DNA of 61,550 nucleotides, counting the filler, from Choristocarpus tenellus KU-1152 (Eukaryota > Protista > Phaeophyceae): assembly GCA_964200185.2 (NCBI GenBank). It is 9 parts of 9 records of this genome, joined end to end, with 100 filler letters (N's around TTAATTAATTAA, not from the genome) between each part and the next. Parts side by side here need not be neighbours in the genome. Positions count along the whole stretch, not along the records: positions 33,665 to 50,166 come from CAXNAD020000818.1; positions 50,267 to 57,057 come from CAXNAD020007344.1; 7 more parts are not named here. The stretch is one strand, 5' to 3'. Both the position numbers and the translations under genes were made by a program. Under the pieces are notes generated by a model. That model saw only the letters and a list, made by a program, of their open reading frames with translations. It did no database searches and was not told the origin of the DNA. Shown here one piece after another: positions 37,801-51,366 of the stretch; position 1 is the first letter of the stretch, and each line of letters starts with the position of its first letter.

Positions 37801-40800
37801 TTCTCCCGATCTCAAAATTAGATAGGAAAACTCACACAGGTACAGTCTGCCAACTTTTCCCGACGAAACAAGAATACCTTTAAGCACCTTCAGAGATTGA
37901 CAACAATTGTTTCAACTGTAGAGGAAGCTTGTTATTATCCGTTGGCACCGTGAACGGCTACACAATCCGCATCGTCTGAAAGGTCATAAATTTCGAGGGG
38001 CTTGGTGACAATCATGGCACCTACTCAGGGTGATAACGCTATCACCCCTTCACCAGGCCCAGCTTGCGACTTGACCACATTCAGTTGCAGAAAGCTTGCC
38101 GCCATTTGCATTGACACAATCAATACCTAAAAATCCACAAACCTATTACGACAGGGCCTAGTCTTCGAAAACCTATCTGTTGCAATCAGGGGGGGCACCC
38201 ATCAGGGTACTTTTCTTCTATACGGCAAGGCTGTTCCTGACAGGAGACCCTTTTCGGTCCATTTTGGTCCAATTGACAAAAAGTGTCGGTGAATTTAGTG
38301 AGAAATATAAAATAGGACAAGGTAGCGTTCAGTGTTTCATTTTACAAGGTTAGCACCATTTCTTGGTGGTATAAATATATTTTTCTGGGAGGAAGACGAT
38401 GGCAGACCCTTCAACTTCAATCTTCCTCGCACCGTAACTCCATACATATCTAATACTTCGATAATGAGGAGGGGTATAGCCACCTATTTGCTATGGCGGT
38501 CTCAGGTAGTATACCACCCTTGAACTGAAACAAGAACATAGAATTGAGAGTAGTTTCACACTTGTCTATTCATCTTATGTGTAGTGAGTTTCTGATATAT
38601 TGTGGTCAGATGAAGAACCCCTATCTACGTGGGCTACACACCTGTCCTTTTGTTTTTCATTTTTGAAACAAAGACAATGCCAGACTTGCAGACATACACT
38701 TGTCATTGCTGTACTACCAATTATAGTTTGCATAAGGGCCATAATATGAATGGGACCAATGAGGAAAATATCCCCCCTAATTGTTGCTGAATATATTGTC
38801 GTATTCCCCACTTTATTCAAAGAGGAGGGAGCCAGTATAGCTAAGTCTAGGTTAACAGTAAGAATGGAGCACAACACAATGTTTTGGGTGCTTCAATTAC
38901 GTTCTACAATTGCCACCCTCAATCCTTTTTTCCAATGCAGCAAACCAATAATTCACTCGCTCCAATGATTGAAACCTACCTGACGACCCAGTCCTGTTGC
39001 TCTCCACCCCAAAATGTACCCTTGCGGGCCTGCGAAGACTGTGCAGTGTGCAAACCTGGCTATGGCAGGTCCAATGGCGCGATGTGTCATCACTGCCGGG
39101 GTAGGGTAGGAGTCCTTATCCAAGTGCTAGGGGTGTTGTGCTTTGTTCTTTTTGTACTGTCTCTGATGGCAACCGGTGTGTTTCTCGTAGGAGGTATGGA
39201 AGCAGTGCACAGTCTCCACAGGTCCTTAAAAGAAAAATGTTCTGCCACTCTGTTCTTCAAGTTGTCCAATGAGACACATATCCCTTTGGAAGATAACAGG
39301 ACCTCCAGTGTTGACGAAATTGGCACAGCTGACGGTTACAAGAGAGAAGAACTAAGCACTGTAGGTCCTAGGAGTAGGGGAAGGTCGCTGCTCAAGATAT
39401 GGCCGGTCCAACTCAGCAGTCTCAATTCGAGGAACGACGAAAATGAGGATGTAATGGCCATGTCTGAAAGTTCCGTGTCCCCATCAGTGGATATGCGAGA
39501 AAATGATATGCTCCATGAATTGCCTATCGTGGGAATGCCAAACGATCAGGACTTGCAGATTCCAGTGGCAAGGGGTGGCATGGCTTCTGCCCAAGGAGAG
39601 GGGGAGAGGACAAGAGGGAAATTGGGAATTGGTGGTGTGAAGGTAATTACGGGTCGTTTGAGGAGGGACACGGAATCACCAATCACAATTAGACTTTCGT
39701 GGGCAGGAGTGAAGGAGAAGACAGCACACATAGCTTCCAAGATCCCATTCAACAAAGTCAAGATTGTCATCGGTAAGGACCCCTTTTGTTTCAATAATGG
39801 TGGGAGCAAAATAGCAGTGTAGGTCTAGATTAGGGTTACAGCTGGTGGTTGAACAGCTTTCGTGGGTCCTTGATTTGAATGTTTGTGCGTGACTCTCCAG
39901 GATTGGTTGCAACTATTCCTACACATACTTCTTCTGAATAAATTCCTGATACCGAGAATCATGTGATAGTACACCTGTGCAAATTGCAATCCTAGTGTTA
40001 ATGAATCTATATTTTTGGCGGTATAGGCATTGTTGGAAGATTTTCGATATTGGGTTTGGACAGGGTTATGAAGAAGTCACCTCAAACTCGGCCTTAACCC
40101 TAATCATCAGCAACATACCATCCAGTAGATCAAGCTAGATGTATGGATTGATAACCCATATTTTAGCACATTGGATATATCGTTGTGGTGGGGTTTAGGT
40201 AGGAAGAAGAGAGGTAGATTGTACCATCAGTGATGAATACATTTCTGTCTTCATGCTCATGTGTCGTCCTTTCATAGTGTAGCTGTATAACCCGTCCCGA
40301 CACTCTTTGGGATTTAGGTTACGATTAGGGTTAGCGACATGCGAAATCAGACTATGATATTGTCGTGAATGAAACGCTGCCTTACATATGGTGATGAATA
40401 CGAAACTCTTGTGTTCTCTCTTGTGTTCTTCTGTTGTTTCTCTAATGGCGGTGATGCTTCCCCATCCAACAATTTCCGCACTTTGATCCCTTCACTCCAA
40501 CATCGTACAACTCGAAAGTTGTGTGGCAAATTATTTCAGAGGTAAGTGTGGCAGAGTGGTGACAATTAAATATACAATCAAAAAGATTTCGTATTTTTAC
40601 GCACTAATACTTCAAAGTGTATTGCAATAATAAATGTTAGTGCCGCACAGTATATATATATATGCCCCTGACAAGTTGTATAGGTTCAGATTTCGAGTCC
40701 ACAATTGTTGAGGCACTTCGATCCTATTGTTCGTTTAGTTTCTAAATTTCTTTGTTTTATGAAATATGAAAATTATTGATCAGCAGTCTCTCTAAGCAAA

Positions 40801-43800
40801 TCTACTTTTAATGTGTGCCTGGGAGTGTACAGCGAAGTACTATGTGTGCTTTAGTTGTTTCTCGATTTTGTTGAAAAAAATGTTATCATACTGATATACA
40901 CATACTTGCAGGCATCCTTGTGTGGCCATGTTCATTCTAACGTATGTTGTACTTGCTTGTCTGCATAATGCGCTTGTTTTGCCAATAATGAAGGTGTATG
41001 TTTGTTCTCCTTTTAATATACCAGTCTTGTGAGACGAAATATGTTGTGGGGTTAGGTTTAGGGTTTGTGAAGGGAGAGCTGTGAAGCAGTTCTAATCATT
41101 GTTATGAACCAATTCTTTGGACTACACCTCAATATGGCTAGGGCTTAGGGCGACCTAAAGTTTGGGATAGCACTGACTCTTATGACTTGAAGCTTGCATG
41201 TACGTTGACTTTCAAAATGTTTGAAGTTTGAATACTTGGAGCTATTCATCCAATCTATGCTGTAATATGTGCCTGTTGTTGCTCCCATCCCCCCGTACCC
41301 CCAACCTCGCCCACTCAACCCTTTCACTTTTGTGCTCCCTCCATCTTCTTCTTGACTCTCCTTCTTGGCTCATTTCCACCATAAACGGTAAGCCCTAACT
41401 AGAAATCCTTGTGTTTCTGTTGACCAGACATTACCCTCATATATCATATTGGTGTGTCTACTGTGACTACATATCCATCCACCCATAAGCAACATCGCCA
41501 ATGATCCTCGTTTCCCTCTCCCAATGGAACCTTCGTCTAACCCTCACATGATTGTCTTTGACACCCTCTATGGCTATGATATTATCACCACCTGATAACA
41601 ATGTTGTCTATATTCTGACTCTTGTGTCCTCATCTTCTCACTTATGTCTTGAATTTGTCTTGTGCTGTGCCCCCCTACCCTGTTGCCCCCGTATTGTCCC
41701 TTCCTGTGTCCCGCTTTTTCTTGTGGAAATTACAGTTTCCTTCCATCACCAACATCTTCTTCCCGGCTTCGTACAAAAAATTCCTGTCAGTGATCCACGT
41801 CGTCAACCTCAACCTTGGGTCCATCGTATCTGCCTCATGTTTGTTTGTGGGGATAAATTTCTACCACCGACTACTCTTCATGACTCTGTTTCCCATTATA
41901 CTGGGTTGTATGCTAGGTATCACCTATGCGTTTGCCATGCGTTCCTTGAGACATAGGAAGTCAGCAGCGAGTCAAGAGGAGCGAAGAAAGATGCTGTCAC
42001 GACACGTTGCGTTTGGACTTCTGCTCACTTTCCTGGTGGGTTAATTCATTTTCTTGGGGTGTATCAAACCTTGAGTTTTATTTTATGTCTCCGTCTGATA
42101 GGTGACGGAGGCGTTGCAGCTCGAGTCCTGCGACTTTATAATTAATCAAATACTCCAGACTGCATCATAAGTCCAAATAGTGGGTGCCTATTCGATGTTA
42201 TTCGTTGCATGTTGAATGTTTTCATTGTGGTACTTTATCACTGTATATCTTCTTTTTGAAAATAATGTGTTGAAGGGTACATTGCTTTCTCACCCTTCTC
42301 TGACAACATTTGCGTATTGAATTTTTTCATTACACGCCAGAGGTTATGGTTTTGATATTTTCAAGCCATGCTACTGTGTATCAATGTTCCTTCAACGCTA
42401 GTGTTGCATGTTCTAATTTACCTCCAGTACTTCCAGGTATGTGAATATATATGTACTTTTGTTATGAGAAAGACCCTATATCATGCTCTTGCAGTTTGTT
42501 ACTGTAGCCATCTGTGACGCTCTGTGATGTTCAAAGTGCACTACAGATATTTCTTAGTATCAATACAATAACATGGGGTATCATACACAGTATGTCCTTT
42601 GGAAACACCTATTGGATCGATGTGTGTGAAGATATATTTTGGTACTAAACAAGTACCCGCAAATGGCATTGTGACGTGTACAACAGAAGTTGTAGATCGT
42701 ACATGTGCCATTAGTCCATCGTTATATTTGTGGACTTTTAAATAACTAAGTGTTCAAACCAACGATGAAACTAGTGGAATCAGGCACAAGACAACCAAAT
42801 CCTGCTGCCAGTAGTTGCCAATTATATAAGTTTGATGGTTGAACAATATGCAGCCTGCTAGTATTTTGATGAGCAATATGTGTGCAATGTGATGCATAAC
42901 CTTTGGAGTTGTATGCCTAATGATTGTACATTGAGCCTGATCATGAAATCAATCACACCTCTGCTTCAGGATTTTTTTCTCTTGTCTTGGCATCTGTCTT
43001 TGATTAGTCCATCGTCCGTGCAAATGGCATGATTTTATTAATTCTGCAGGTGTTTAGCTCAGTCTCCACCACAGTTTTCCAGACATTTGCCTGTGATGAT
43101 TTCGAAGAGTTGGGTGTGAGATACCTGAGGGCCGACTACAACATTATGTGTGACACTCGGGAACACGACTTCTACAAGGCCTATGCTGTTATAATGATTT
43201 TGGTGAGATAACCCTTGTCCGACACTCTTACTCTTTCAAAACATATCTCTGTGCCCTCCTCACTCCCCCCTCCAAGCTTCTGCATCCAGGCAGTAGATGT
43301 TGATGGTTGTACCATATTTTGATGTATGAGGGAGTCGTTTTAGATGGAGGGGTTCTCAATGAGTGTAGGGGGTAGTGTGGCATGCGTGTCATGATGATAC
43401 ATCATGGATATGCAATATAGATTGGGTTGAGTTAGAGTTGGTGTAAGGGTTGGGAATTTTCAGAAAATGTATTATGTACAAAGAAAGGACTCCTCTTTGT
43501 CTCTCTGTAGGACTGGAGACCTGTGAGTGTGGGTAACCTTGACACCAATCCTAACCCTAATCAGAAGATGATTCTGTACATTTGAGTCACATGATAACTA
43601 GGAAAACGCTGAGATACATTGTAGTAATATTGGTAAACGTGGGTAAACGTGGGTAAACGTGGGTAAACGTGGGTATTGTACCCCTTGAGGGTTTTGGTTG
43701 CAGCTTTTCTGTTTAGTCCATGATACGATTATGATTTATTGTGTTTAAACTTGGTACATGAGGTAAGGATACAGTGGACTTGGTGAGGGGAGGGGAGGGA

Positions 43801-46800
43801 AAGGAGGTGGGGAATGAGGTCATATTGCACAGTTGGACAAGGATTCTTTGTTGAGGTTGCATCTGAGTTTAGATTACTATTTTGAAAGGTAGAATGCGAT
43901 TTCGTTGTGATTTCGTAAGGTGAGGGCTGTGATCCATTTGCATGGACAGAAAATTAGCAGGGAGAAGAATGACTTGGGTATGGGGATTGCTTCATTCGTT
44001 CAGCACATCTAACATGTGTTGTGTCGTATTAGGGCCAACAAACAGCTTGGTAGGATACAATTAATATATGTACGCCGAAATAACTCCGAACACTGAGCTA
44101 CATTCATCCCAATAGGTGGATTAACCAGCGAAAACTCTAAGCACCAAGGTACGAGCAGACTACACTTGAAACAGTTTCAAGAACAAAATGTAGTTACAAA
44201 GGACTCAAAACTCATACATAGGCTTACTACTGTCTGAATATTACCGTCCCCTTCAGGGATTGAAATAAGATTCATGGTTCTGGTTCTGGTTTCTGATTAT
44301 TCAATGCTGACGAATTTGCCGTTTTCATCTAAACCCTAGCCCCCGTTCTCGATCTATCTCTACAATTTGTAAGTGTTAGTGGTTAGCGTTGGGTGTTCTA
44401 GAGGTCTTCTTGACAAGTGATCGCAATTACTATTTCAAAATTACCACAGTGGCATAAATTACTTGCTAGTTTATTATTTACGTGAGCCCCCCTACCCCAT
44501 CGAAATCATTTGTTGTCCATAGGTATACCCGCTTGGTATCCCACTCCTGTACTTTGCTATCCTTTGGAAGCAGAGGAACAAGCTAGACCCCAAGCTAGAC
44601 ACCACAACGTACGAGAGCACTACTTCCAAGGAGTGCGAGCAACTGGCAGAGGATATGAGTTGTCGGGGTCAGTGGGTACGAACAAAACAACAAGAGCAGA
44701 TTGTGGAATGGGAGCTGAAGGAAAGGGTGCGGATGCGGGGATGGGACCCAGATTTGACCCCTACTATGTTCCTGTGGAAAGATTTTGGTGAGTGGATGAA
44801 AATTTTTATATATTGTGGGTGCTAGCATTCTACATGTATTCATGTACTTGCACAATTTGTACTCCCTCTGTCCCATAAGTCTGTTCCTTTATGCATGTAA
44901 CTCTTCGGGATGAACTTCGATTTCGAAACGAATTGTTTCATTGGATTCCTTGATGTTTTGCGCATTATAATGCCTTTCCTCCTCGCTTTCACAAAAACTC
45001 CGGAGAGCTCTGATCACTCAACCGAAGGAACTCTGATATACTCCAACATAAATACTCCAGTATATATTGTACAGGGAGTCGAAGAGTGCAACATAGCAAA
45101 GAAGAAACGCAACCTTGAGAATTGGAACCACCATCCCAAGGTGTTGGAAATTCTTGCTTTGCTCACATTGGGGCTAGAGATAGAGTCACTCACGGACATT
45201 ACTACATGTGTGAGGCTGTTGACATTGAGGAGCCTTTTTGCTTTATGTATACCATTCACTTGTCCTATCTCTCTGCTATCGGTGTGGACTTTTTTTTTTT
45301 CATATCCAAGTTTTTCTTTCTTGGTTGCTTCCCTCCCGTCACCCCCTACATGGTTTCGCTTATCTTACTCTACTGTACGCAACAGGATTCTCCTCAACAT
45401 AAACAATATATTCATATCAACAATTTGAACTAGTTTTGGGATGTAATGCAAGAACTGTAACTCTAACATTGAAACTCACGAAGAAAACAAAAAAACATAG
45501 TCTTATTTGATAGATACTTCGCCAACATTTGCCCTCTAATGTCATGCCATAAACCTAATCCTAATCCTAATCCTCATCGCTCAGGGCCAAACCTTTACTA
45601 CTATGAGGTAATTGAGTGCGGCAGGAGGATTCTTCTAACTGGGGCATTGATCTTTATTGAGCCACAGTCAGCGGCACAGGCTGCCATGGCCTGCCTATTT
45701 GCTTTCTTGAGCCTTCTTGGATTTGAGTTGCTCCGTCCACACCTGGATGACGGAGACTCCTGGCTGTACCGCTTGGTGAGGATATATTTATTTTCCTGTC
45801 AGGCAGTTTTTGGTTGGAGAAGACGTGAAAATCGATTATATTACTGGTATGTATGTGTATCAGCTCCTCTGAAATTTTTCATTGAAAGTGCTAGGGTTAT
45901 TGTTAGGATTAATGTTTCTCCTTTATTAATAGCACTTGTTTTTGTTCTGCTCCTCTTATCTCATCCAGCACACAATGAGCAAGCAACGAACACATGCCCA
46001 CTCTCAAACTACAGCAACATCGCCAGTCTTTACTGGCTACCAGCGATATCACCATCACCCTAACTTTGCTCTTCACTATGACCATCGGAATTCATGATGC
46101 TACTCATATCGGTAACACCTTTACCAACACCAGCTCGGTAACAATAGTAGTCTTACTAGCAGTTATACCACTGTTCACCTTCATATCTTTCTTCTTATTG
46201 GAACTACCAGTTTCGATTGGAGTCTTACCCTTCGAGTTGGGTTTGGCGTCAAAATCACTTACATCACTGCCCCGGCTATTGATGGCCCAATATGCTCTAG
46301 TCTGTCCAGAAACGGTTGACCAGATGATATTTTGATTGGAGTATATTCTTACTATTGTCGTGATATTCTGTGCATGCAATTATTAGCTTGAGATGCTTAG
46401 CAAAATCGACGTTTCATTGATGCAGCACTGATCTTGACACCTTCAACATCTATCCTGTGTAAAATCGTGGTCATCCTTGTTCTTTCAGGGCTGTATCATC
46501 ATCTTTCTCAGTAACTTCCTAGGCCTCCTCATCAGGGTCGATGTATCAGAGGAAGAAAGCGTTAACCAGGAGATCTTTGGTGTCCTTCTTGTCATTGTCA
46601 ACATAGCATTTCTGTTTGCCATCTGGGGAACAACATATTTCAGTACGCAGCAGATGATAGATGACACACGAAGTGGGGATGACTTAAAAGATATGGCCGT
46701 TATGCTGGGTGCCAAAAAGACCCATACTACATTCTCCCATTCTGTCTTCCCATCCGAGGTGTATGGGGGTAAGAGAGAGACAGAATGGACTCTTCCGAGA

Positions 46801-46869
46801 ACAGGCAGTATGGTTGTGCCTACGTTGGAGATAGTAGATAAGGAGGAAGCACCACAGAGCCAAAGGTAG
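34882..46869 (+). CDS. Large receptor-like membrane protein: beta-helix/POMP-like repeats, Ig-like and Cys-rich ectodomain, ~8-9 TM helices; 5' end probably missing
   Basis: Exons 34882-35048, 36097-37433, 39038-39772, 40519-40541, 41736-42035, 43050-43202, 44523-44787, 45585-45775 and 46489-46869 total 3552 nt in one frame (1183 aa). Motifs include NTSLEHGGG, AGDEGGGVY, GYWR...C...GYMGPYCAVC, KVKIVIVVWQI, FAC...YLRADY...C, VYPLGIP and YYEVIECGRRILLTG. Confidence 0.9.
43632..43675. repeat. 10-bp tandem repeat x4 (intronic)
   Basis: (GGTAAACGTG)4. Confidence 0.85.
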
Positions 46870-49047
46870 ATAGGAGAGATAACAATATCTGTCGACGTGT
46901 TGAATAGCCCTTTCAGATATACTGAAAGGGAATATGCATTGGGGAGGGTCAAGAGAGATGGGAGATGACATTCCTGCTTGATAGGAGTGCAATAGAGGTG
47001 TACACCTTGGTATATTAATGTGCTATCGAGTATCCATACACTTACCTGGTTGTGTTCAAGAGGTGTTCCTACGGAATAAGTTTTCTATTGTGGTGTTGGT
47101 CAGGGAGCATGCCAGGTCATGCCATCTCTGTTTTAAAGAATGAATGACAAATGGGTTTGATCAGGGTGGGTAGGCATGCAATGGTATTATCTGGCCTTGA
47201 AATATGATAGTTTGAGCTTTGTTGTGCGTGTGTTTAACGACTTTTGTAAGGTCTCGTCATGGTCACCAGACTGTAGTATGGTAGTAGCTGCGCTTGGTGA
47301 TTGCCAATAATTAGTGGTTGCTTGAGTGCTATTCCAGCGTACGGAGTTTGAGAGAGAAAGATATGTATAGACCTCTACATATGTGTGTACGTACAGAATA
47401 TTTGAATATTGTTTTGCCGTAGATGTTGCAATACCAGCTTTATTTTGCGAGACATTACAGCATTTTATTTTGTGCCCTTGTGGAAATGAATAATATTAGT
47501 GTAAAGAAGAAATAGCACTACAGATGTCATATCACCCAATACACTATTGGGGCTTCTACATCGTGCCCGTTTTGTAAGGGGGGTGATATTTTTTTAATAT
47601 AATAATTAGTAATAATAGATGGCAGTAGTATATTCTGTGTCATAAGTTCAGCATTCAGTTGGTCCCTCTATGAGTGACCTAGGCCAGTTGAAACAAGTGG
47701 ATGACAGCGGAGAGGTGAGAGGTTGTGAAAATTGTTGTACATGCTTGACTGGCTGTCCTTCTGTGTTAGACATTTAATCGCCCTCAATACCACCAATCAG
47801 TACTCTCTCTTGCCATGATAATACACTATAGTACATACAATAGGAGTGACCTCTATCGATAATTACAGGGATGTGGGTTGCTTGTGTAAGAGGGTTTTTT
47901 GGCCATATAACTCTACCTGGATGCCTACATACCAAATACCTCTAGTAAAAATAAATCTTTCAATGGTTGCAATGATGCTTTCCTTTGTTCGGGATTATCA
48001 ATTTTCTTTCTTAAGTATAGTGATATCGACCCGAAGGAAACTGGGGGTTACATTTTAAGGATGGTGACAAATATTTGTAAAATTCTTCTAATTCCACAAA
48101 TGCGTATAGGGGCTCCAATATTCTCAAGTCAACCGTAGCACTTCATCCATAGAAGTAAGGGTGAATTGGAGAAGGTTAAAAAAGCGTTTTAAAATGCAAA
48201 ACGGAAATATACTGGGTACCTCTTCGTTTACTATGGCTCTACAAATCGTAATTTACTGATCTTATTGCCATTCGGTGACATACCACTAGCAAGAAGATTT
48301 TCGTCTGAAAAAGGTTGAAGTGGTACAGGCTATATTTTAAGACAAGACATGGCTAACCCCAAAAAGATGGATTTTTAAAAACATCAAAATTACAGTGACT
48401 GCCATGATATTTCCTGATTTGAAACGAGATATGTTATCCACGACTGATAAATATGAGTTGGAGAACCCTATTACCCATAGAAACTTTGAGTCAAAGAAAC
48501 TGAGAGGTAGGAACGTTTTGGTATTGAGTGGTAAAGGATTTTATTCCGAATTTTACAAACCTAAAATTTAGCCCATGATCGTGTTTATTTGTCTGTGGAG
48601 AAGAAATGACTCGCAGAAATCTTTGGCAGATTCATTATTGGAGGATGGAGAATTGGCAAAAAAAAGCTTCCGAAGACTTGTGTGTATGTATACATTGAGT
48701 GATTCAATTTATGGGTTGGACAGGATGTAGATAAATAAAGGATAAATAAGTGAATCATCCCTAGAACCTCCTTGTCGCTAATCCCTCATCAACGACTACT
48801 TGCCACAATGTTTCCTATTCCTGCACATTTATTTTTTCTAGTTCACTAAACCATACGTGTCTGCTATCCTTCAGAACACAATATCTCTATCCTTCATCAT
48901 CTGTTTGTTTCTTACATATACGTCCTACGTTAGGAATTTTATGTAACATAACCTTTTCATCCCGATGAAGAAGCAAGACTTTTTTCACATGTTCATATTG
49001 TATGGGTGTATTATTGTGCAGACTCTAAAAGATTGCCCACCAAAATA

Positions 49048-49895
49048 TCAAGCAAAATGGGGCAGCCTATACCTACCTATGATTCTGCCCCCAAAGCCCC
49101 CCAATACTCCATTCCAGCACGATATCTTCCGCATCCACCTGGGCATTCGGGGGGAGCTTGCCCGACTTCTCGGTCTTTTCCTTGCTAAGATGAGATGTTT
49201 TTCAGATATTGTCACACCTGGACCCCAGCACTTCACCTTAAAATGTGAAAAGAGCCTCTGCCAGACGGGCTCTAGCGTCTCCTGAGGGTACACATTGAAT
49301 GCCTCCATTGTGGCCTCCACCACCTCCCCTGTGTTGGTCACCCCCACATCTTCCTTCAGTTGCTGGATGGAATAAAATAATCTCAACTTGTCGACGTTGA
49401 GGTCGGGTGAATTGGCTGTTTGGATCTCTATGACAATGTCCTCCCCCATCGCCCCCTCAATTGCCTCCATGATCCCCCCCTTGGTGAGTGGTTTTGGCCC
49501 GTCCTGCTGCACAAAGGTGGCGTGTCCTTCCGGACTAGGCGTGCAGACCTTGATTGTTGAGACGACATCCTCGACCATGAGCTTCTTATACATCTCCCTG
49601 TCGACCGTGGCTGGCACAAGCACCTTGGCGCCCTTGAGGTGGTGTTTGCTGGAGCGCTGAGCGACCTTAGTGTCCACGATTGCCCACATCTCGGATTTCC
49701 CTTTGAACCACGCCCCATTGGAGAGCTTCCTAGGGCGAGCCACAGCTTCAAGATAAATCACCTTTGTAATGTAACGCTTATCCGGTGTGTGTTGGGGTTT
49801 GGGGGGGTCCTCAGTGGGGTGCAGGTACACACCTTGCCCATCTTTGAGGATGTAAAAACTACATCTCGTCCACACGCACCCAGTCATATAGCTCC
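49048..49895 (-). mobile_element. Mariner transposase pseudogene, plant/oomycete type (DD39D-related), catalytic domain only
   Basis: YDWVRVDEM*F (frameshifted DEKWF), KRYITKVIYLEAVARPR, WFKGK, AQRSSK, VQQDG and ANSPDLNV match the conserved blocks of Soymar/Osmar-like transposases. Confidence 0.9.
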
Positions 49896-51054
49896 GTTAA
49901 AGTATCGCCCAAATCAACCCAGAGCATAAAGGTGATAAACCCGGCGAGATTGCTTGATGTTTATAGAGTGATTGATTAAAGCTAAGTGGGGCATGCAGCA
50001 CCCCATAAAAATCAGAAATATTTTCTTTCATATGACAAAATTCTCATACAACTAATCACTAGTAAAAGTTTCTGATAACTCAACCACTAATTGACTGTTC
50101 TTTTACTCCATACATATTTTACCGTAACGGTCCGATAGAGTTGGAAGAGTCTAATCGAACACCCTCNNNNNNNNNNNNNNNNNNNNNNNNNNNNNNNNNN
50201 NNNNNNNNNNTTAATTAATTAANNNNNNNNNNNNNNNNNNNNNNNNNNNNNNNNNNNNNNNNNNNNATCCAAAAATCGCGACATAAAAAAATTGGCCCCA
50301 AATGGACAGCCGCCACCCCCTCCCAGATACTTTGAGCCATTTCTTGCCTGTAAGGAGCTTATTCGTAGGAGACGCTGGATGTAACATTCTGAATTTCAAG
50401 GCGTGCTCTTATCCCCAGCCTCTATGATGTATAATTACAAAGTCATGTAATCTGGAGTCAAGTATTCAGTACATTTGGTTTATGTATAGAGGGGTGTCCG
50501 CGATGACTGGAATTGTTGTGACATACACTATAGATCAACACAGTAGAGAGATACTTGTTCAAGTAAGTTGTTGGGAGATTGAAGGGAGTTGGTAGAGAGA
50601 GAGGTAGGGACATATTGGTGTAGGGGGATTTGGAAGGAGTCTGTGGCAGAAGGCACTTGAAATGAGAGTGACATAATCTATTTTTAGCCCAGGTAACTGC
50701 TTGTTGAATAGATGCATTGTAGATTGTGTGACAGTGATTCAAACAGTCAATATTGACTGCTTCGTCTTGTCTGAGGTGAGAAATAGATAATGTTTGGAAT
50801 ATGGGGAGTTCAAATGTTCCGAGTGGTTGGATATTGATATGTTTCCGAATATGGAAGGGACTTGAGAATTGTGTTATCCTCCGCTGGCAGTTAGTTATTG
50901 GAGAGTACTGCTTATCACCCAGTTATTAAAGTTATGATCTCACACCTTTTTCTTGGCTAAAATACATCAACTCACAATGCAAAACCAGAGAGTGGTAGGT
51001 CTTTTGTGATGATAGTTAAGACTCAATTTTTCTTATGCCTTGTGTCACTTGCAG

Positions 51055-51366
51055 CTGCTGGCAGGGTATGCCTACGGAATTGGCCTACCTGGCATCCGAT
51101 TTGTCAACCCAGCTCTGTGGACAACCCAGCATCTTTTCAAATCTGTCTCAGTGTGGGACATTCCCCTAGTCAAGCCATTGTTCACATGCACCATGAACAT
51201 CAAGCTTGCATATGAGGGCTATGATGTGGCAGTCCAGTTAAGGAGATACCTGGATTCCCTAGCCCTTGGGCGGGGAAATGGGGTGTGTGAAACAGGCTTT
51301 GTGGCTGTCGACAAGGATGCACTCCAGCTTCGATCAAACACACAAACTGTAGACCAAGCTGCATAA
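51055..51366 (+). CDS. Probable terminal coding exon of an unidentified gene
   Basis: Pyrimidine tract plus CAG at 51052-51054, then 103 open codons (LLAGYAYGIGLPGIRFVNPALWTTQHLFKSVSVWDIP...QAA*), richer in GC than the flanks. No family recognised. Confidence 0.5.
   Translation: MLAGYAYGIGLPGIRFVNPALWTTQHLFKSVSVWDIPLVKPLFTCTMNIKLAYEGYDVAVQLRRYLDSLALGRGNGVCETGFVAVDKDALQLRSNTQTVDQAA

Noticed and set aside
39820-45575. Scattered TTAGGG/CCCTAA as telomeric sequence
   Set aside because: Only 1-3 degenerate units at a time, inside introns; no array.
49895-50161. TGTTCG... end as the mariner TIR
   Set aside because: Mariners duplicate TA, and none of the three copies is flanked by TA.
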